Shown here piece by piece: positions 5,921-11,162 of a DNA stretch of 11,162 bases; within the stretch, counting starts at the first letter, position 1; each line of letters begins with the position of its first letter. The DNA comes from Armatimonadota bacterium (GTDB taxonomy: Bacteria; Armatimonadota; Zipacnadia; Zipacnadales; UBA5352). Both the position numbers and the translations under genes were made by a program. The notes below the pieces were generated by a model, which worked only from the letters and a program-made list of their open reading frames with translations, did no database searches and was not told where the DNA came from. The stretch lies in the NCBI GenBank assembly GCA_034722055.1, contig JAYENL010000096.1, positions 1 through 11,162 on the forward strand. The letters run 5' to 3'.

Positions 5921-8900
5921 TCAGCTCCCCGCGCACCAGCGAATGGCGTTCAGCAGCAGCCTGAGCTCGTGATCCGTGGGGGCCGCGTCGGAGTCGTCGG
6001 GCGCCAGGCCGATGGCCAGGCCGGTGGCGAGGTAGCGACCCTGGCCGTGCTCCCCACACACCGCCACGGGCCTGCCGTCCGTGTCGGTCGCCACCACGAT
6101 CCCGGCGTCGCCTGCGTCCAGGAGAACGTGATCGTAGTAGCTGTGGGTCAGCTCCGCGCCGGGCGAGATCTCCGCCGTCACCGGGTGCTCGGCAATCACC
6201 TTCCAGGTCCGCTCCCGGATGTGATCAGCGCCGCCCGTGCAGATGGCCGGCAGCGGGGCCGGCAGCCCCCGGTAGCCCACCGCATCGTGCGTGGCGATCA
6301 GCCCTCCGCCCTCGCCGACGAACTTCCGCAGCAGCCGAGCCTCCCGCTCGCCGATCATTCCTCCGCTGCGGGGCTGCGGCACCACCACGACCTCGCAGGG
6401 CGCCAGCGCCTCCCGGCTGATCTCCCACAGCGGCGCGACATCCAGCCCTTCGCAGCCCTGCAGCGCCTCCATGATGGAGGTCGAGCCGTAGCCGCCCTGC
6501 ATGACCGCCACCGCCAGGCCGGTGCCCTCGAAGACCGGCCCCTCGGTGCGCGACTGCAGTATCCGCTCCTGCTCCTCGGTCAGTGGCGGCAGCTCGGGCA
6601 CGCGATAGAAGGCCGGCGGGTCGCCCGCGGCCTTCAGGTAGACCGATCCCTCGGTGGAGGAGGGCATGACGATCTCGGCCACCACGAAGTAGCCCAGATC
6701 CGGGTCGAGCTCGTCGAGGCTCACCCGGTAGATGTGGTCGCGGTCCATGTGCCCCGCGAAGCCCTCGTGCTCGTCCGCGCTGATCTCGGTCAGCTCGTCC
6801 GGGGCGTCCGCCGGCGCCGAGGCGAGAGCCACCCGCCGCGTGGGCAGCCCCTGCTGGCCGCGCTCGTACCCAAAGATCACCTCATAGTCACCCGGGCCGG
6901 AGAGCGCCTCGGTGACCTCCCACTGCAGCGTCTGCCTGCCACGCTCCATGGTCTTGTCATCCCATCCGGCGATGCGGTGCCGGCGCCAGGGCTCCGACGG
7001 GTCCACGATGCCGTAGGGCTGCAGGCCCTGCGCCACGGCGTCCACGACTCCCTGCACGGCGCGCAGCGTGCCGTCATAGCGGCCACCGGTTACGTCCGGG
7101 GAGATGACGTCGCGCCAGGCTACCAGCGCCCGCCGGCCCTGCAGCCCGGCGTTGGCCACGTCGGTCATGGCCTCCTGCAGCCGCTGGCGCACGTCGCGGT
7201 CGAAGACCTCGCCCGCCGCCACCAGCTCCGCGACCTCGTAGATGCGCCGGGCCAGGATGGCATTCGATTGCGCGAAGCGCGTGTCGTGGACCAGCTCGGG
7301 CACGTCCAGGCGCTCGGCGATGCGCCGGGCCTCCGCCACGTCGTGCAGGTCCTCGTCGAGCTGCTCGACGCTGTCGTAGTAGCGCCAGATGCCCTCGCCC
7401 AGCTCCGGCGCCGTCCCGTTCTGGATCAGGGCCGCCGCCTGCCGCAGCAGCGCCAGATGGTTGCCGCAGCCGTGCGGGGAGCCGTAGAGGTTCCAGGTGA
7501 TCGGCCCCAGCAGCTCCGCCCACTCGCCGACGGCCTCGGCGTCCTCGACGCCCTTCCGCGTCGCCCACGCGATGGCGAACTCCCGCGGCGAGCGCCCGTC
7601 CACGTTCCAGCCCCACTCCGCGGCGGCCAGCACGTTGAACTCGTGGAGCTGGTTGTTCGGCACCGTGTATCCGCAGACCGAGTCGATGCCTTTCTCTGCG
7701 AACTCGGTCATACGATACTTCATGAACTGCGGCCCGCTCCAGGGGCAGACGAGCGCGAACGACGCCGTGAACTGGGGGTAGACGCCCAGCCAGTTGCCCT
7801 CCGCGGCGTAGCGCTGCATCAGCGGGTAGATCATCGGCTCGCGGGAGGAGTTGTAGGTGGACAGGGGGCGGCCGGCGCCGCAGTAGTAGCTGATGTCCAG
7901 CTCCGGCGGCGCCGCGGCCAGCACCTCCTCGTTCACGGGGAATGAGCCCTGGGTGAGCAGCACGCGGGCGTCGATGTCGATCCCCTCGTCCCGCATCTCC
8001 TGCAGGATCTCGCCCACCACCTTTGCCTCCAGGGCGTGCTGGGGCAGGCCCTGCTCCGCCGCCTGCTGGCACTGTTCGCAGGTGCAGTGCCCGTGCCACT
8101 CCGAGAGCCACACCTGAATGTCGGTGACGCCCTCCATGGCCGCCAGCTCGCGCATCCAGCCGCCGATGATCTGCTTCGTCTGCGGCTCGTGGAAGCACAG
8201 CGGCGCCGGTGAGCCGCCTACGTCAGCCCGCTCCTCGCCCTCACCCTCAACCTCCGGGTAGTGCTCGAAGATGCCCGTACGGCCCAGGTAGTCGAGGTGG
8301 TGGATGATGGGCACCAGGTTGAGCGCGCGCAGTCGCGCCGCCCTGAGCCTGTCCTCGTCCAACTCGGCCACCGGCGCGCCGTCGTCGGTGAAGCTGAGGC
8401 CGGCGTGGCGCTCCACCAGGTTGAGCTTGTGCTCGGCCATCCACTCGATGTCCGAGCCGGCGCTGCCGCCCCACTCGCCCCGCTCCTCGATGTCCGGCCA
8501 GTCCACCACCTCCGCCAGCGGGATCGTCACCCCGCCGTCGGCGAAGCGGCCCTCCAGGAGCTGGCAGAGCGTGCGCGCGGCGTAGTAGACCCCGCGCGGG
8601 TCAAGCGCCCCCAGCGCCAGCGTGTCCTCGTCCAGCGGCTGGATGACGTAGGCCTGCTCGGCGTTAGGCACCTCGCGCAGCCGCTGCGCGCTCGGGACTG
8701 TCCGGCCGCCGAGCCGTCCCTGCTCGTCGCAGACGCCCAGCAGGAGGGTGAAGCCGCCCTCGTCCAGGTCCACCCCGACCTGGGCCTGGAACAGCTCTCT
8801 CAGCTCCGCGGCGGCCTGTCCCTCTGTCTCGCCCGCGTCATCGGCCAGCACCAGACGCACCTCGTCCGCGGGCAGCGTGACGGCTCGCGGAATCGCGATC

Positions 8901-9037
8901 TGCTGCGGCAGCGGCAGGAGCTGGCGCAGCCAGCGCGTGCGCTGCTCCCCGGAGACACGTGTGACCGTCCAGCCCTGCGGGGCGGCGTGACACCCCACCG
9001 GGATGATTATACATGCGGCAATCAGCAGCTCTCGCAT
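5921..9037 (-). CDS. Secreted multidomain glycoside hydrolase-like protein (GH20 N-terminal zincin-like domain, putative TIM barrel, beta-sandwich, C-terminal class I GATase/ThuA-like domain)
   Basis: LLPLPQQI..EQAYVI..DPRGVYYAARTLCQL..VVDWPDIEERG..WMAEHKLN is the GH20b/GH84-type N-domain signature. C-terminal LLRKFVGEGGGLIATHDAVG..GQGRYL..LLLNAIRW is GATase-like. ATG 9037 has GGAGG 7 nt upstream and a signal-like N-terminus MRELLIAACIIIPVGCHA. 1038 aa. Confidence 0.75.
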   Translation of the reverse strand: MRELLIAACIIIPVGCHAAPQGWTVTRVSGEQRTRWLRQLLPLPQQIAIPRAVTLPADEVRLVLADDAGETEGQAAAELRELFQAQVGVDLDEGGFTLLLGVCDEQGRLGGRTVPSAQRLREVPNAEQAYVIQPLDEDTLALGALDPRGVYYAARTLCQLLEGRFADGGVTIPLAEVVDWPDIEERGEWGGSAGSDIEWMAEHKLNLVERHAGLSFTDDGAPVAELDEDRLRAARLRALNLVPIIHHLDYLGRTGIFEHYPEVEGEGEERADVGGSPAPLCFHEPQTKQIIGGWMRELAAMEGVTDIQVWLSEWHGHCTCEQCQQAAEQGLPQHALEAKVVGEILQEMRDEGIDIDARVLLTQGSFPVNEEVLAAAPPELDISYYCGAGRPLSTYNSSREPMIYPLMQRYAAEGNWLGVYPQFTASFALVCPWSGPQFMKYRMTEFAEKGIDSVCGYTVPNNQLHEFNVLAAAEWGWNVDGRSPREFAIAWATRKGVEDAEAVGEWAELLGPITWNLYGSPHGCGNHLALLRQAAALIQNGTAPELGEGIWRYYDSVEQLDEDLHDVAEARRIAERLDVPELVHDTRFAQSNAILARRIYEVAELVAAGEVFDRDVRQRLQEAMTDVANAGLQGRRALVAWRDVISPDVTGGRYDGTLRAVQGVVDAVAQGLQPYGIVDPSEPWRRHRIAGWDDKTMERGRQTLQWEVTEALSGPGDYEVIFGYERGQQGLPTRRVALASAPADAPDELTEISADEHEGFAGHMDRDHIYRVSLDELDPDLGYFVVAEIVMPSSTEGSVYLKAAGDPPAFYRVPELPPLTEEQERILQSRTEGPVFEGTGLAVAVMQGGYGSTSIMEALQGCEGLDVAPLWEISREALAPCEVVVVPQPRSGGMIGEREARLLRKFVGEGGGLIATHDAVGYRGLPAPLPAICTGGADHIRERTWKVIAEHPVTAEISPGAELTHSYYDHVLLDAGDAGIVVATDTDGRPVAVCGEHGQGRYLATGLAIGLAPDDSDAAPTDHELRLLLNAIRWCAGS

Positions 9038-9137
9038 CACGAACCCTCCCATGCGCGACACGCGTTGACCTCTCGTCCCTGTTCTGGCTGTTCGCCCCCG
9101 ACGCGCTCCTTCCCTCGGAGGCATACGGAATACGGCG

Positions 9138-11081
9138 TCAGATGAAGTTCTTGTAGGTGCGGACGCCCCACACGGGGCCGATGATCCCCCAGATGGCGCC
9201 CATCACGTAATCGCCCAGCAGGACGCCGAGGAAGACCCTGAAGGCCTTCTGATGCCCGGAGCGCCCGCCGTAGCGAAGCACCACCACCTTGCAGAGCCAG
9301 CCGACCAGGAAGGAGCACCAGAAGTAGTTCATCGCGAAGCTCACTGCCAGGGCGTAGCCGGCCGGATGCAGCGGCAGTGCGGTGTGGAAGTGCACCGACC
9401 GCAGGCCCCAGAAGATGGCCGCCCCGGCGGCGGTGGCCGCGATGGCCGGGTAGTCCGGCCCCGGCTCGGCCTGCAGCCAGTGCGCCAGGCGCCGATAGCT
9501 CTCCCATCCCACCCAGGACTTGAAGGCCATGCAGCGGGCCGCCGCGCCCTCCCGGAAGTAGATGTGCAGGTTCGCCCAGTAGGACAGCAGGATGCCCGCC
9601 ACCGTCGCCAGCGCGATGGTCCTCACCAGCGAGCCGAGTCGGATCTGCTCCACCTGTGCGATCTTCATGCTCTCAAGCTGGAAGGGCATGGGGTGGCAGC
9701 GGTAGCAGCGGTTGAACCAGTAGGTCACCGACAGCGCGGTGAGCTGCTCGGCGCCAAGGGCCGGGGCTCCGGTCACGTTGACGATGATGCGCTGGGGGTT
9801 GATGTAGTAGATCTCATGCGGCGTGCCGAACTGGGCGCGCACGCGGGCCATGGCGATCGAGAGCGCGAAGAACACCGCCACGTACCCGGCCATCAGCGCG
9901 GCGCTCATGCCCGTGAAGCCCAGCAGGATGACCACCGCCGTCAGGCAGACCACAAGCCCAGCGGCGGCCCACCGGTACAGCCGCGCCTCCTCGCCGCCAT
10001 CGGCATGCCCCAACAGCAGTCCCCAGACGCGCCGCAGATGCCCCCGCGTGGTCAGCAGCGCGCCGATCGCCAGCGCAAGCCACGCCCCTGAGGCCTGGTG
10101 CGCCAGGTAGGGGAAGCCGTTCGGCGGCGCCTCCCGCATCCCCAGCAGCTCCGCGCCCACCATCTGCACCTGGCTGAACAGGAAGAAGAACCAGCACGAG
10201 AACGACAGGTCGGAGGGGATGAAGAACGCCAGCGCCACCGCGAAGGGGTAGATCCCGTAGTAGAAGCGGTACAGCCCGCGCCAGGGATAGCCGGTGAAGC
10301 GCGGGCGCTCCAGCTTGATCAGCGGCACGTCCGGAAAGGCCGGCACCAGCGTGTGGATGCCGCTGACCAGCGTGATGACGAAGCCGATGGCGAAGCCGCC
10401 CCAGATCAGCCGGTCGCGGAAGAACTCCGAGCGGCCGGCCCGCGTCTCCGTCATCTCCAGCGGCAGGACCACCATGGGATATGCCAGCTTCTCGTGCTCC
10501 GTCCAGTGCCGCTGCAGGAGGGTGTTGATGCACAGCATGGCCCCGATCAGCGCCGCCAGGAAGCCGCCCCACGCCGCCAGCGGCACCAGGAAGGGCCGCA
10601 GCAGCCAGGGCTGGATGAAGCTGCCTCCGCCCTCGTAGAACGTCTGCAGGGCCGTCATGTCCGAGACCACCAGCCAGGGGCGGAGGTGCTCGTGGAACAG
10701 CTCCTCCCACGCGTTCTCGGGCGTGGCGAACCAGTGGGCGTGGCCGATGGTGCCGAACAGGTTCTGCACGAAGTCGTGGCCGGAGAGGGTCTCGGAGATG
10801 ACCACCACGATGTAGGCGGTCAGCAGCTCCACCTGTGACAGCGCAAGACGGGGGCTGAGGCGCCGCAGGCCCAGGTTCAGCGCCGTCAGGCCTGCCAGAA
10901 TGAACACGGGGGTGATGAACAGGGGCAGGCAGGAGCCGTCCATTATGCCCCAGCGGGCCTCCGCCATGGTGACCCACCAGGTGTTGGCGGCGGCCAGGAT
11001 CAGGCCCAGTGCCACCGCGCGCGGCGTCACCGCCACGCGGGTGCTCTCGCTCGCTTTGCTCTGGGCCTGTGCCACGCTCAT
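9138..11081 (-). CDS. DUF6785/DUF6784-family multi-pass membrane protein (putative transporter)
   Basis: 647 aa with many TM helices. Motifs ELLTAY, WTEHEKLAYPMVVLPLEM, FFIPSDLSFSCWFF, ARVRAQFG, HPMPFQLE, PLHPAGY, VLRYGG, GVLLGD resemble this family, recalled from memory and not searched. Confidence 0.75.
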   Translation of the reverse strand: MSVAQAQSKASESTRVAVTPRAVALGLILAAANTWWVTMAEARWGIMDGSCLPLFITPVFILAGLTALNLGLRRLSPRLALSQVELLTAYIVVVISETLSGHDFVQNLFGTIGHAHWFATPENAWEELFHEHLRPWLVVSDMTALQTFYEGGGSFIQPWLLRPFLVPLAAWGGFLAALIGAMLCINTLLQRHWTEHEKLAYPMVVLPLEMTETRAGRSEFFRDRLIWGGFAIGFVITLVSGIHTLVPAFPDVPLIKLERPRFTGYPWRGLYRFYYGIYPFAVALAFFIPSDLSFSCWFFFLFSQVQMVGAELLGMREAPPNGFPYLAHQASGAWLALAIGALLTTRGHLRRVWGLLLGHADGGEEARLYRWAAAGLVVCLTAVVILLGFTGMSAALMAGYVAVFFALSIAMARVRAQFGTPHEIYYINPQRIIVNVTGAPALGAEQLTALSVTYWFNRCYRCHPMPFQLESMKIAQVEQIRLGSLVRTIALATVAGILLSYWANLHIYFREGAAARCMAFKSWVGWESYRRLAHWLQAEPGPDYPAIAATAAGAAIFWGLRSVHFHTALPLHPAGYALAVSFAMNYFWCSFLVGWLCKVVVLRYGGRSGHQKAFRVFLGVLLGDYVMGAIWGIIGPVWGVRTYKNFI

Positions 11082-11162
11082 GGGATTACAGGGCCAAAGC
11101 CTTGCGGCAGGTTCGTGCTCCCGGCCACCCGCTCCTTCAGGAGCTCGATCTCGCGTCGCCGC
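11078..11162 (-). CDS. 3' end of an upstream gene (partial, unknown product)
   Basis: Open frame RRREIELLKERVAGSTNLPQGFGPVIP* whose TGA (11080-11078) overlaps the next ATG (11081-11079) as ATGA. Confidence 0.6.
   Translation of the reverse strand, partial: RRREIELLKERVAGSTNLPQGFGPVIP

Noticed and set aside
3866..7945. 1359-aa plus-strand ORF
   Set aside because: Antisense shadow of two well-supported genes in GC-rich DNA; Arg/His/Gly-rich, no motifs, runs through the repeat mosaic.
9038..9124. N-terminal 29 aa of the 1067-aa ORF
   Set aside because: Arg-rich and noncoding-like; SD and signal peptide support ATG 9037 (or GTG 9040).

Overview
Very GC-rich bacterial window with all credible genes on the minus strand; the gene families suggest an Armatimonadota/PVC-like lineage (inference). 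In transcription order (right to left): the 3' tail of an upstream gene, a DUF6785/DUF6784-type multi-pass membrane protein, a secreted GH20-N-domain glycosidase-like protein, and a ~480 bp mosaic of REP-like palindromes. A sigma70 promoter then drives a three-gene AmmeMemoRadiSam operon: fused AmrB(Memo)-AmrA(AMMECR1), radical SAM AmrS, and an MFS-like/spermidine-synthase-fold fusion. A second, related REP mosaic follows. The main observation is that all three operon products appear routed outside the cytoplasm: a lipoprotein signal on AmrBA, a twin-arginine signal on AmrS, and a SAM-binding domain after ~7 TM helices in the MFS-like protein. This suggests an extracytoplasmic SAM-dependent modification system, possibly with its own SAM exporter.
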